Source: Octopus vulgaris
Lineage: Eukaryota
Length of the DNA stretch: 64,000 nucleotides
Direction of reading: 5' to 3'
Assembly: GCA_951406725.2 (NCBI GenBank)
Contig: OX597835.1
Span: 14,136,001-14,200,000, forward strand
Positions within the stretch are counted from its first letter, which is position 1; each line of letters opens with the position of its first letter. A model generated the notes under the pieces. It had not been told where the DNA came from, searched no databases, and saw nothing but the letters and a program-made list of their open reading frames with translations. The position numbers and the translations under genes were made by a program. Below are positions 25,982 to 40,099 of the stretch, piece after piece.

Positions 25982-26366
25982 ATGATATTTTTCATATTGT
26001 TCTTCAATAACGGCTTCGAATTTTGACACAAGGTCAGTAATTTTATGGAGAAGGGATCAGTCAAGTACGTTGACCCCAGTAGTTGACAAGTATTGCTTTC
26101 TTTTTTTTTTTTCGACCCACGGACGGAAGAAAGACGATGTTTACTCGGGCGGAGTTTCAATTCAAAACGTGTTGAAACGGAAGAAATACCACCAGGCATT
26201 TGGTCCCTCCAACGTTTCCGCCAGCTCACCAACTTCTTCTGTAAAAGCTCATGTTTCAAAAAAGCCAAGAATATGAAAATGCTGTTCCTGTAACTTGCTT
26301 TAAAACTATTGTGGGACTTAATTTTGTCAGATCTCTTACACACACACACAGACGCACGCACGCAAA

Positions 26367-26406
<40 letters not shown>

Positions 26407-26660
26407 TAAGTATGTCCTTGAGAACGATTATTTATGTAGTAATCTTTTGTGCCCAATATTTTAAGGAACTTGTTGAACTTTTTTATGTCCTTAACATGTC
26501 CCTGTTACCAAAGACTGTATATATGTAATGTAGCAATTTGAAACAACCAATAATTAACGCAACCAAGCATCGACATGTTACTTTTGACAATCTTTTTCGA
26601 AAGAGTGAAACCGGTAAAGTAAATAAACATCTTTTAAATTGCATTTTCAAACCTTCTTTC

Positions 26661-26696
<36 letters not shown>

Positions 26697-27224
26697 TCTT
26701 TTTACTCTCTTTTACTCTTTTACATATCAATATGTCTGTCTATTGGCATCATACAATCTGCTGCGAAGAATCTTGTAATGCAAGAATTATTCTCAGTGCA
26801 GTTCATAACGATTATATATGGTGTGTTCTAAGAAATAACAAAAAAAAAAAAGAAAAAAAACTATTAAATCGTTCTATCTCCCACAGCAGGTGTTGCAAAT
26901 TCAAAGACCAAGAATATTTTGTCGTCTGACCAAATTTCTTTCATCAGTCTTGCTTTGGAACCTTGCATCAAATTTTAATATGGCTAGTTCAAGAATTGCC
27001 AAATAAGCCTTAAGCTCTTCCCAATTCATCAAGTATTAAGTATTACGCTTGCATTCACGAGACACCGAGGAGATGAAAGACTTTCGAAGGTGAGAAGAGC
27101 AGTTGGTGTTGAGGGAAACACGGTTCTGTCTTTTTCTTGTTTTGGCTCTCTCCTTCCTCTCTTTCTCTCTCTCACACGCACAAACATACACACATACATG
27201 TACATATATTTATACACACACAGA

Positions 27225-27305
<81 letters not shown>

Positions 27306-27312
27306 GTATATG

Positions 27313-27376
<64 letters not shown>

Positions 27377-27414
27377 GCTATTGATTTAGATTATGTACAT
27401 ATTCTTTTCTTCTT

Positions 27415-27591
27415 TTATTTGTTTCAGTCATTTGATTGCGGCCATGCTAGACCACCACTTTTTAGTCGAGCAAATCGAGCCCAGGACTTATTCTTTGTAA
27501 GCCTAGTACTTATTATATCAGTTCCTTTTGCCGAACCGCTAAGTTACGGGGACGTAAACACACCAGCATCGGATGTCCAGCGATGTTGGAG

Positions 27592-27632
<41 letters not shown>

Positions 27633-27788
27633 CATATATACGACGGGCTTCTTTCAGTTTCCGTCAACCAAATCCTCTCACAAGGCTATGGTCGGTCCGA
27701 GGCTATAGTAGAAGACTCCTGCCCAAGGTGCCACGCAGTGGGACTGAACCCGGAACCATGTGGTCGGTAAGCAAGCTACTTACCACAC
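27415..27788 (-). mobile_element. SINE family A
   Basis: Collinear with the other copies. Confidence 0.82.
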
Positions 27789-28272
27789 TATTCAATATAT
27801 ATATTTATACACACTTACAATCACATACGCCTATATATACATACACATACACACATGCGCATATATATATATATACTATTATACTATGTGTTTGTGTGTA
27901 TATGCATACATGTATGTATGCATATATGTATGTATATGCATGCCGACATACATACGTATAAACGTATACATACATTTATGCACACACAATTTGGACGTCG
28001 TGAATTCTGGGTAACTCAGTGAATATCAGATCCGTCTTTCGATTCTTCAGTCATGATAGCTTTCGGCTACGTTGCTGGAAATACAAAATAAGCATTTCTG
28101 AAGAATACAATGAGTCCGAATGTAATGATAGACGTTAGTTTACGCTTGTTGTTAGATTTGCGGAGTTGTTAGGGAGGGGTAAGAGTTCTTTATGCGAAGG
28201 CGATGTTGGATCTTTTTTTTGCGACTATGTTGCGATGGGGTATGATAAATGGGGTAGGCAAATGCAGGCGGT

Positions 28273-28477
<205 letters not shown>

Positions 28478-28639
28478 GGAAAGAAGGCATTATAATGGAA
28501 ACGAATAGTAGAAGCGAATACAGATGAAGTTCTTAGTCTCTGAGTTTCATGGGATGAGCGTACAACAGTGAGAATCCAAAAAATAATGTATCTTATTTAA
28601 AAATATATTTATTAGCGACAGGGGTAGTATTACTACCGA

Positions 28640-29013
28640 GAGGTAATCTTTATCTCCATTTAAACGTGGATGTTCTGTTAGAACAAACTATACTGCGGTA
28701 GATACTAAGAGAGAACCTCTCTCACATTGGCTTTTGGTGCAAAATGCACTTTTGTTTACATCGCTAACGGGGAGATAAATACCCGCCATCCCCAACGGTC
28801 GAGCACCCATCATTGACGAGACCAAGGAAGGTCGAAATACGTGAATTGGTGGTACGGCATTGGAGATGGCAGGGATCTACCTCCCCCGCTGCAATATAAA
28901 CAAGAGCGCACTTTACATTAAAAGAACCTATGAGATTTTTTCTCATTGTAACGATAGCAGTATAGTTTCTCCTAAGTGAACATCCACGTTTAAGTGGGAA
29001 TAAAGATTACCTC
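28640..29013. mobile_element. Diverged foldback/MITE-like palindrome, ~375 bp
   Basis: gaggtaatctttatctccatttaaacgtggatgttc pairs with gaacatccacgtttaagtgggaataaagattacctc; complementarity continues toward a centre near 28825. Confidence 0.75.
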
Positions 29014-29298
29014 CCAGAAAATGTATCTATTAATTCTTAATACGTTCAGCTTGTAGTAACCTGCTCACTGTCTAGCGACGCTTATCTAGGGTGACCATAT
29101 AAATGACAAATTTGTCTTCTGTATGACCGACGATTTTGAAATGTGGACAAAATAATTCAAATTCATTTGAAAAATATTTGCGTTCAAATAGCATCTTCCT
29201 TGTTCCTTTTTATATCTAAATTTTGAGACACTCCGTAGTAGTATTAGAGTAAGGGTGGGGGTGGGGAGAGAATAAATACATTACTCCATATATATATA

Positions 29299-29887
29299 TT
29301 TCTTTACTGCCCAGAAGGGGCTAAACATAGAGGGGACAAACAAAGACAGACGAAGGGATTGAGTCGATTATATCGACTCCAGTGCGAAACTGGTACTTAA
29401 TTTATCGACCCCGAAAGGATGAAAGGCAAAGTTGACCTCGGCGGAATTTGAACTCAGAGCGTAACGACAGACGAAATACCTATTTCTTTACTACCCACAA
29501 GGGGCTAAACACAGAGGGGACAGACAAAGGGATTAAGTCGATTACATCGACTCCAGTGCGTAACTGGTGCTTAATTTATGGACCCCGAAAGGATGAAAGG
29601 CAAAGTCGACCTCGGCGGAATTTGAACTCAGAACGTAACGACAGACGAAATACCTATTTCTTTACTACCCACAAGGGGCTAAACACAGAGGGGACAAACA
29701 AGGACAGACAAACGGATTAAGTCGATTACATCGACCCCAGTCCGTAACTGGTGCTTAATTTATCGACCCCGAAAGGATGAATGGCAAAGTCGACCTCGGC
29801 GGAATTTGAACTCAGAACGTAACGGCAGGCGAAATACGGCTACGCATTTCGCCCGTCGTGCTAACGATTCAGCCAGCTCGTCGCCTT
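29299..29887 (-). mobile_element. SINE family B, tandem trimer
   Basis: One head at 29887 and three ~165-180 bp body/tail units; tactccatatata flanks both sides (TSD-like). Confidence 0.82.
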
Positions 29888-31509
29888 CTATATACTCCAT
29901 ATATAACAGGACAAAGATCAACAGTATTGAGTATTTCTTGATTACTTTGCCAATTAGTTAACTGTCACTGGATAATTACGTGTCTCAGTCACCCTCGTAC
30001 AATTTCCAACTCTTCGAACTCTTTGCTATCGTTTTATTCCTGTCTGTTACTCCATACAATTTGTAGGGAATCAAATTTTGAATACAATAACAGCCACATT
30101 TAGAAAATGTTTCAAAGAATTTATTTGGTAATTTTTCTTCTTTAGCAAACGTTTCAAAGAATTTTTAAAATTGAATTATTCTCTCGGTAGTAAAGCGACC
30201 TGTGAGATTTCGCCAGAAATAGTCATGAAACAGCATGCTATATATTACAAGAGAAACACCGAAATATTTCGATAAATCGAAAAACATTAAAAAAAACCGA
30301 TATGATTCTTGTTGTTTTGTTGTTGGTTTAAGAAGTTCTCAAAGTGTTTTGATCCAGAGCTACTCAACAATAACGACTACTAAGAACACTTACCGAAACG
30401 GTTTCAAACCTTACAACGAAGAGATAGAATATTATGCAATTATTGTTCATTGAAAGCTTTATTGATCCCCAACTCACATCCTGTGCTCGCATTTAGCCCA
30501 TTAAAAATTTTGTGTGACAAATGGTATTTAATTTGGTCTACATTTAACACTTATTTTCTTGTGTTCACAAAACTGCATTTAGAACTACACAATGTAATGC
30601 GAAATCTTATATTAATTTTTAAATTTAGATAAATCGTTTATCAGATTTTACTAATATATTCTTCAGTTCTTTAATAGAATCTTTTATTGTGGAACTGAAC
30701 TGTTTTACTGGGTATAAGTATTGCATGTCTGCTGTACAGCTCTTAATCTTAACAACCCCCAGTTCTTGCGCTATCAAAATCCAAATATTTAACTTGGCGA
30801 GTAAGTGGCTATTTCGGAATCTCTTGAACCTTTTTATGTAATCTCTAGGATGACCAACGAGTGACCTTTGTGACCAACTTGGGGGTCTCTAATTAGGGAT
30901 ACAGTTCATTTGACGGCTGTCCACATGGTTACCACTAAAGACATTTCCGTTTGCAAGGTCGACCCACAGCTATGCAAGAAGACACTTAACTCAAAATGTC
31001 GTAAAGTGGTTCTGAGATGAAACTGAACAGAAAACTTAAGCTCACGACTATACATGAAGGTTGTTTAAAATATTTGTGCATGCATGATAATTCGTTTGAA
31101 TTTATAAATATATTGTTTTAGGTGTTATCGTTTAACTCTCGGAAAGCCAACTTGTTTTCAGCTATTTCAATTCCCGGAAGAATCGTTGTAAATGTTCTTT
31201 TTCTGTGTCTTTTGTAGAGCGTTTGTTTAAACCCCACCCCACCCCCACCTCCAGTAGACTTATTTACGAAAACCTAAGCTCGAAGGCATTCTGGTTATCA
31301 TCCTATCTTTTTTTTTTCTAAATTTCGGCTTCGCGTGACGTGATACGAAACTGTAAATTGATTGGGTGAGATACGGAGGAATTCGGCTGCTATTTCTAAT
31401 TGGTGACAGACTACGGCAATTGTCCCTCTTCAGCTCGATTGCTACTTTTGTCTTATTTCTTTAGTCTCTAGTAAAATAGCTATTAAGCAATACTCTTTTT
31501 TCTCCCCAG

Positions 31510-33120
31510 AGAGAATATATTAGCGTACACATAGGACAAGATCGAATCCAAACTAGTAACGCTTGTGGGGGGGGGGGCGATATTGCCTTGAACATGGTAT
31601 TCAGTCAAATGACCAGATATCATTTGAAGAGCCTGGTTCTTCTGGTACGCTCTTTCTAGAGTTAGGTTCTGGGAAACGTGTACTTACTGCTATACTTATT
31701 GACTTAGAACCCACGGTTGTCAGCAAGTATAAAGTTATGAAACTCTTTTACAAGAGTAAAAGAACGAATTGACAATCTGTGCATTCGATGTTCTACTTAA
31801 TCAAATCTTCTGTATTGTCTTTCTGTTGGCAAAATAGTTCAAGGAGACTTGTGACGAAATGAAGGAGAGGTTCTTTTTTCACTGCTGTATCCTCAAACGC
31901 CGATAGATAATCTTAGATATTGGAAAATTTGTGTTGTACAACAGAACTGATATTCTTAGATATTGGAAAACTGTTTTACAACAGAACTGATCGCGGCAGT
32001 AAAATGTGTTGACTATGACATTGGTTAAATATGAGTAGATTAATGAAATTCTGTTGTAAATATATCCGTTATTTGAAGGTAGTTATTGTTAGCAATATAT
32101 CGAGGAACTAAGTGCATGTCATGCGTGTAACTACTGGAAAAGTTTGGTTATGGAATTAGGATTTTTATTCGATCGAACAACTGATAAATCAAATTATACT
32201 CTAAAACATTTAGTTATCTACATTTTTATGCTCTTTTGATATGAGAACAATCTTTCGATTATTATATTGTTATTACCAGTTTAATATATTCTGATTATTG
32301 CGCAATATCTTATTTTCTAGATCAAGGAAGATTGGCAAATACAATTAATCCACCAGGATCAACTCATCAGTGGCAAGGCAGACGCAACTAGTAACTATCA
32401 CCAGGGATCACTACATTATTGGGAAGGAAATCGTTGATTTGGTGTGTGGCCACATTCATAAATTGACTGACCAATGGTCTGACTTTCAAGGCTTCTTGAT
32501 TTTCCAGTTTCGGTGCCGACACTGGTTCTGCATCTTTCTTTTTTTAATGGAACCTCTGACAATTGACTTCGGTAAAAAGACAAAGCTTGAATTTTCAGTT
32601 TATCCGGTACCACTAATTTCTGCATCTGTAATAGAACCGCACAATTCCATTCTAAAAACTTGTACCACTCTAGAACATTGTGATTGCGTTTTTATGGGAC
32701 AATAAAGCAATTTATGAAATCTGTTAAAGCCATTTAGATGTTGAGCACCCAAGTTATATTAGCTTGAATCGTGCAATTGCTCAAAAGATGAGTTCCATTA
32801 CTGCTTTTTTGAGGTTTAATGTTGATTTAACCGAGTTCCCAATCAGTTTGGTATCTTATTCACGGATTCATTGATTACGTCTGCATCTATATCGTTTGAG
32901 AAAGCGGACCACGAGCAATTAACCGTTTCTAAAACGATAAACGCTTGTTTCGAAACCGGTTATCAGATGGTTAAATATGATCCTCGTCGTCATGGGAAGT
33001 ACATGGCTTGTCTGTTGTGCTGAGGTGATGTGGTCTCCAAAGATGCTAATGCTGCTATTGTAGCAACTGAAACAAAGTCCATCCAGTTTGTGGATCGGTG
33101 CCCAGCAGGGTTTAAAGTTG
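31510..33120 (+). pseudogene. Unprocessed alpha-tubulin pseudogene (exons 31510-31722 and 32321-33120), 3'-truncated
   Basis: REYISVHIGQ..., YCLEHGIQ, DLEPTVV, HY.IGKEIVDLV, FQGFLIF, GKKTKLEFSVYP, IQFVD.CPAGFKV; many frameshifts and stops; acceptors cccag and ttctag. Confidence 0.9.
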
Positions 33121-33121
33121 T

Positions 33122-33539
33122 TGTAAAACGTGGCCTCCCTTCTGTACCAACACGACTCCAACAGCAAAAGTCGGAAGTAGGGAAACCGCAGACCAGGCTA
33201 GCAAGCCAAGTTGCCCAGGGAAGCCGTCGTGCACAGCTTGGTGTCTTCAAACACACGTCTCGTGGAATATAGTTCTTTGTCAATTAGCTTCACACTGACT
33301 GACTTTTGCCTAGTATTTGCCTGCACACGGAGACTAAGTCCTCCTTATATAACCTAGAATCTTCTAAACAGTCGCGTGACTTCGTAACTTCTAGAACTTG
33401 GTTCTTAAACAATCAGCTTTCTGGATGCTAGGTAAGCCGCGCCTCCCATATATCACCTAACTATATGAAACATGTCATTTATCATGTAATATAATTCTGG
33501 AATATTCTCTGGCACTTTGACATGATTAACTATATTACA
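33122..33539 (-). mobile_element. Possible solo LTR truncating the tubulin pseudogene
   Basis: TGTAA...TTACA termini and a minus-strand TATATAAGG; starts where tubulin homology stops. No TSD found. Confidence 0.35.
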
Positions 33540-34260
33540 CGGTGAGTACACTGAAAACTAATCCATATTACATAATTGCTACACGAAACCGCTTCGTAAA
33601 TTTACCAAACAAAACCATAATTACTTATTCTCTCCTTCATAATATTTCCCACTTCGTAGACTTTTGTCGACCCGACAAAAGTACACATTTATAAATATTC
33701 AGCCCTTAAGCCTAACTGCATTAATCATACAAGAAATAATCCTTAAACTTATAGGGTCCCTTTCTTTGTCGCTTCTGAGGACGTTTTTGTTCCCTACGTG
33801 GATCTATTTCCACTGGCCTCTTATGAAAACAAAAACAAAAAAAACATCGTATTTATCTTTATTTTAATTTTGAATGAAGATGTTTAGTACGAATTTTTCT
33901 CCTAAAATGTTTATTACATTTTTCAAAAATTGGAATATTATAATATTTGATATATCGTGCGATATACAAAACAAGCAAATTTAGTTCTGCAAGACGAGTC
34001 CCCGTTGTAAATCAAAAGTTTTTTCTTCCTTATGCTTGCTTCGTCAAAGTTTGTTTGCTTCAAGAACTATTATCTCCAAGACAACTAGAAACAGATACAA
34101 AAGAAAAAAGTAGTCAGTATTTCTTTTTTTTTTTTAGAAGTAAATGGGATACCATCGATGTATATCTATGTAAGCATACATACATGCAAACACACATACA
34201 CACACAATGTACATACATATACATATACATACGTACATAATACATATATATATATATATA

Positions 34261-34635
34261 CTAGCAGTATCGCCCGGCGTTGCTCGGGTTTGTAAGGGAA
34301 ATAACTATAAAGCATTTTTAGATAGTTATAGCCAAAATATAGCAAAAAAATGGGAAAAAAATTATGGTAAATTTTTTATGAGAGTTAAAAAGGTGGAGTT
34401 GCGTCTCCTAGACAGTCTGTGGTTTGTGTTTCTGATTCTCGACCCCATGTCGAATTTATCGATTTTTTTCAGAACTGAGGGAACTTTTCAAAATTTTCCC
34501 TGCGTTAGTTTTGAATTATGACATTGGGCTATGTGTGTGTCAAGTTTCATCAGAATCGGTTGAAAGCCGTGGTCAGAGTGAGGGTACAACCAAACAGACA
34601 CAGAAACACACACAGACAAACTGCCGTTTATATAT

Positions 34636-34640
<5 letters not shown>
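34261..34640 (-). mobile_element. Non-autonomous Helitron, second copy
   Basis: Reverse complement of 20585-20967; begins ctagcagtatcgcccggcgttgctcggg; inserted in (TA)n. Confidence 0.82.
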
Positions 34641-34695
<55 letters not shown>

Positions 34696-35020
34696 ATATA
34701 TGTATATATATATTATAATTACTAATTATCAGTAATTAATTTGCCTCCGGTGGGGTCTGGTTGTTTCTATTTATGTATAGAAATGAGAATACTGGCGTGA
34801 GGCCGTGTCAGAGATACTCTGAGTGCAGGTGAGTCAGTATACATTTGTGGGAGTGGGCATACGCGTGCGTGGATGCTTGAGTGGGCGTACGCGTGCGTGG
34901 ATGCTTGCACATGATCTGGTATAGATGGAGATGCGTATTTGTTCACGTGCATGCATGTACGAGCGCTGAGTAACAGGGTGCAACGAGGTTTCTGTCGGTA
35001 TTGAAATATATTTTTGTAGT

Positions 35021-35253
35021 AAGGCAGCGAGCTGGCAGAAACGTTAGCACGACGGGCGAAATGCGTAGCCGTATTTCGTCTGCCGTTACGTTCTGAGTTC
35101 AAATTCCGCCGAGGTCGTCTTTGTCTTTCATCCTTTCGGGGTCGATTAAATAAGTACCAGTTACGCACTGGGGTCGATGTTATCCACTTAATCCGTTTGT
35201 CTGTCCTTGTTTGTTCTCTCTGTGTTTAGCCCCTTGTGGGCAATAAAGTATAA
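35021..35253 (+). mobile_element. SINE family B, full length, 18-bp TSD
   Basis: TSD GAAATATATTTTTGTAGT at 35003-35020 and 35254-35271. Confidence 0.88.
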
Positions 35254-35501
35254 GAAATATATTTTTGTAGTTGCTTTGTTTGTGTTTATATGTTTTAGTT
35301 CATGTATGGGCTCACCCATTTATATATCGAAATATTGGGATCTACAGATATCCATAAGATGTAGAACGACAGGGATTCGAACATAAGTGCATAAACAAAG
35401 TGATATTAGCAAAAGACTACGCACATTCTCATGTAGAAGTGTATGTGTAAACACACACACATTATATATATACACGCACACAAAAATATGCACATATTGT
35501 A

Positions 35502-35565
<64 letters not shown>

Positions 35566-35599
35566 CAGACGCCATGATAGATCGTTAGCTACTACACAC

Positions 35600-35755
35600 A
35601 TTTTTTTCTCTCCTTGTTTTTTCTGTGTCCCTTTCTGTAGAAGAGCATAGGCTCGAAACGTAAAAGACTTTTTCTATTCCCGAGCGTTATACTAATACAT
35701 CTGTTTGTTTTGTACACCGCCTGTCTTCGTCTTTTGCTTCTTTTTAGTAAACTCT

Positions 35756-35760
<5 letters not shown>
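35600..35760 (+). mobile_element. Penelope-associated repeat with a hammerhead-like motif (copy 2)
   Basis: cttt-ctgtaga-agagcataggctc-gaaac-gta-aaag; homolog of 22392-22578. Confidence 0.55.
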
Positions 35761-35809
<49 letters not shown>

Positions 35810-36056
35810 CTGAAATATATAAAAGGATAAAGAAAGGAAAGGAGTTCAGCATATTCCAGTGACTGACCGTTTCATCTGCCAATTCTTCAAACTGATGCTT
35901 TTGGGATGCTTTTGTTTATTGGAAAGCGATTTTCTGTGAGGAACGTAGTCGAGTCACGATGTAAATGTGGAGGATATGGTTTCGAATTGGTTCTACGGTC
36001 GTGTTTTGGGATAGGCAGGTGGTTGTTAAAATCGTTGGTAATTGTTGAAGGTAGTA

Positions 36057-36096
<40 letters not shown>

Positions 36097-36423
36097 TGTA
36101 TGTGTATGTGTGTTTTGTGCGTGTGGTTATTTGTGTATATGTATGTGTGTGCGCCTGTGAGTATGTGCGTGCGCGTGCGCATGCGCATGTGCATGTATGT
36201 GTGCATGCGTGTCTGTGTGTGTATGAGTGTGCACAGGTGTGTATCCGTGTGCGTCTGTGTCCGTGTGTGCATGTATGTGTATGTGTGTGTATGTGTGCTC
36301 GTGTGCACATGTATGTATGTATCTATGCATGTATGTATGTGTGTATGGATATTATGATGGCGAGAAGACGATCCCGCATATGGTCGGATATAAAGATCAA
36401 CAAAGACAGGGGATCCGACGGAT

Positions 36424-36587
<164 letters not shown>

Positions 36588-36814
36588 GAAAGGAGAGAGG
36601 TGGGGGGGGGGAGAATCTGGTATTGAAGCGTAGACGAACAGACAGACGAGTAGAAAGAAAACAGCAAGTCTAAGTTATATTTATATATAAAAAACAAGCA
36701 TATGTCGGCTGATAATAATTAGGTGAGTTAATTATCTTTGAGGATCTGTTTTTTTTACTTCTATTCTTGGGCGAATGGAAAAGATTGGAGTGTTGTTGTG
36801 TGTGAAGGTGTGTA

Positions 36815-36848
36815 TATGTGTTTGAGGTTCTGGTAGCATGAGTATGTG

Positions 36849-36892
<44 letters not shown>

Positions 36893-37106
36893 TGAGCTTC
36901 TGGGCGCATGTGTATGTATGCGTGTGTTTGAGGTTCTGGGTGCATAATCACGTATATGTGTGTGTGTGTGTGTGCGTGTGTGTTTGAGCCTCCGGGCGCA
37001 TAAGTACGTGTGTGTGTGTGTATGCATGTGTGTGTATGTGTGTGTGTGTATGTGTGTTTGAGCTTCTGGGCGCATGAACATGTGTGGGTGCGTATGTGTG
37101 TTTGAG

Positions 37107-37169
<63 letters not shown>

Positions 37170-37245
37170 AGCTTCTGGGCGCATGAGTACGTATGTTTAC
37201 GTGCATATTTGTGTATGTGTGCTTGTGTGTCTGAGTTTCTGAACT
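36815..37245. repeat. Compound minisatellite: GTTTGAGCTTCTGGGCGCATG cores separated by (GT)n
   Basis: About seven degenerate cores near 36820, 36890, 36925, 36982, 37057, 37100 and 37165. Confidence 0.75.
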
Positions 37246-37640
37246 CACGAGTAACGTGTGTGCATGTAGGAACAGAATGAAAGCCACATATACTCGGACA
37301 TAGAAATGGACGAAAGCAAGCGGTCATATTGAGTGACAGAAACTGATTGGTCAACAGATGAGATAAATACGGAGAAACCACTGCGTGTATAAACTCAATA
37401 GTAAAGCATATGCATACATTTAGGAACTGCTTAATTAACAGAGTAATTAATACATCAAAAGGAATTCTTTTTAATTCTCATCATGGACAGATGTGTGAAT
37501 ACTGGGTCGAGGGGCCTGGGCGTGCGTCTGGGTGCTCGTGGGTGAAGATGGTTTATGTCGGTTTGGGCGTGTGTTTGCTTGTCCTTTTGAAAGTGGATGT
37601 GTGAGTTGATAGGAATGGTTTTCTGTGTCCATGCACGGGA

Positions 37641-37641
37641 A

Positions 37642-37673
<32 letters not shown>

Positions 37674-37815
37674 CGTGTGTGTGCGTGTGTGTGTGTGTGT
37701 GTGCGTGCGTATGTGTGTGTGCGTGCGTGTGTGTGTGTGCGTGTGTGTGTGTGTGCGTGCGGCGTGTGCGTGTGTGCGTGTGTGTGTGCGTATGTGTGCG
37801 CGCGTGTGCGTGTGT

Positions 37816-37846
<31 letters not shown>

Positions 37847-37982
37847 CGTGCGTGTGTGTGTGTGTGCGTGTGCGTGTCTGTGCGTGCGCGTGTGTGTGTG
37901 TGTGTGCGTGCGTGTGTGTGTGTGTGTGTGTGCGTGCGTGTGTGTGTGCGTGGGTTTCCATGTATGTTTGCGTGTGTGTGTT
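37641..37982. repeat. (GT/GC)n microsatellite
   Basis: Direct reading. Confidence 0.95.
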
Positions 37983-38390
37983 TGGAACAGCAGATGAGTG
38001 CGCTGGTATTTCGGTTTGATGCAGATGTCGAATGTATGTTAGCAACCTTAGAGATACTGGCGTATATTTTTAGCGATTGTTTTGTAAAAGCTCTCACATT
38101 TTTTATAGACAAATATAGAACGGGCGAAGAGAGAAATCCGTGGAAGAAGATGTGGAAGAGAGACGAAAATAAACGCAGAGGTGAAGTCAAATAGTGGGAT
38201 GTTACACGCATACATACATACATACATACATACACAAATGCACGCACTCACACAAACACAGACGCGAACACACACACACACACACATACAGTCACACATT
38301 CATAGAGATGGTGACAAAGACGGACAGGTATAAGCATAGAGAGATATATACGTATATAGACGCAAATGAAGATGTTGAGGTGACGGTGGC

Positions 38391-38433
<43 letters not shown>

Positions 38434-38447
38434 TATGTATGTGTGTT

Positions 38448-38482
<35 letters not shown>

Positions 38483-38583
38483 GTACGTGCATACATACTC
38501 ACATATATGCGTGTTTGTGTGTCTTATACATATAAACGTACACACACACACAAATATAAACCTGTGTGTGTGTATATATACAT

Positions 38584-38631
<48 letters not shown>

Positions 38632-38753
38632 GACGGGCTTCTACCAAATCCACTCACAAGACTTTGGTTGACCCGAAGCTATAACAAAAGACACTTGCCC
38701 AAGGTACCACGCAGTGGGACTGAACACAGAACCACACAGCCACGCCTGCGGGT

Positions 38754-38926
<173 letters not shown>

Positions 38927-38930
38927 CACA

Positions 38931-39337
38931 GGCGCAGGAGTGGCTGTGTGGTAAGTAGCTTGCTAACCAACCACATGGTTCTGGGTTCAGTCCCACTGCG
39001 TGGCATCTTGGGCCAGAGTCTTCTACTATAGTCTCGGCCCGACCAAAGCCTTGTGAGTGGATTTGGTAGACGGAAACTGAAAGAAGCCTGTCGTATATAT
39101 GTATATATGTGTATGTGTGTGTGTGTTTGTGTGTCTATGTTTGTCCCCCTAGCGTTGCTTGACAACCGATGCTTGTGTGTTTACGTCCCCGTAACATAGC
39201 GGTTCGTCAAAAGAGTCCGATGGAATAAGTACTGGGCTTACTAAGAATAAGTCCCGGGGTCGATTAGCTCGACTAAATGAGGTGCTCCAGCATGGCCACA
39301 GTCAAATGACTGAAACAAGTAAAAGAGTAAAAGAGAG
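38931..39337 (+). mobile_element. SINE family A
   Basis: Collinear with the other copies; older inverted copies on both sides (38630-38750 and 39430-39995). Confidence 0.85.
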
Positions 39338-40011
39338 AATATATATATACACACACACACACATCTAAACATGTACTTGTGTATATATATATATGTGTGT
39401 GTGTGTATATTTATACATCTTAGCTTTTATTTATTCCTGTCATTAAACTGCGGCCATGCTGGGGCACCGCCTTGAATAATTTTACTGGAACGGATCGACA
39501 TCAATGCTTATTTTTTTTAAAGCTTGATACTTATTCTATTGGTTCCTTTTGTCGAACCGCGAAGTCACGGTAACGTAAACACACCCACGCCAGTTGTGAA
39601 GCCGTGGTAAAGAAACACACTCACATATTCATATATAACAGTCGTTTCCCCGTTCTCGAGTATAAGGTGTCGATGACTGTTCGTCAGGTGATGCTCGTAC
39701 ATGATGCTTCTTTAAAGTGAGGTGCGGCTTTGGGCACGGCCAATGCCGCTCTCTGAACAACGATGGTCGATGATAGGTGCCCCAAAAGCCAAAAAGAAAA
39801 CAGGATAAGCCAACATCCTTGGCTGCCATCGAGTCTTCCTTCTTTCGATTCCTGTCAAGCAAATCCATTCACAAAGCTTTGGTCAGTATGGGACTATAGT
39901 AGAAGACACTTGCTCAAGGTGTCACGCCGTGGGACTGAACCCGGAACGACGAAGCAGGAAAGCAAACTTCTTACCACACAGCCACACCTACGCCTATACA
40001 TACATAATACA

Positions 40012-40099
<88 letters not shown>

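Noticed and set aside
31510-33120. Functional alpha-tubulin gene
   Set aside because: Multiple frameshifts, stops, substitutions at invariant residues and a missing C-terminus.
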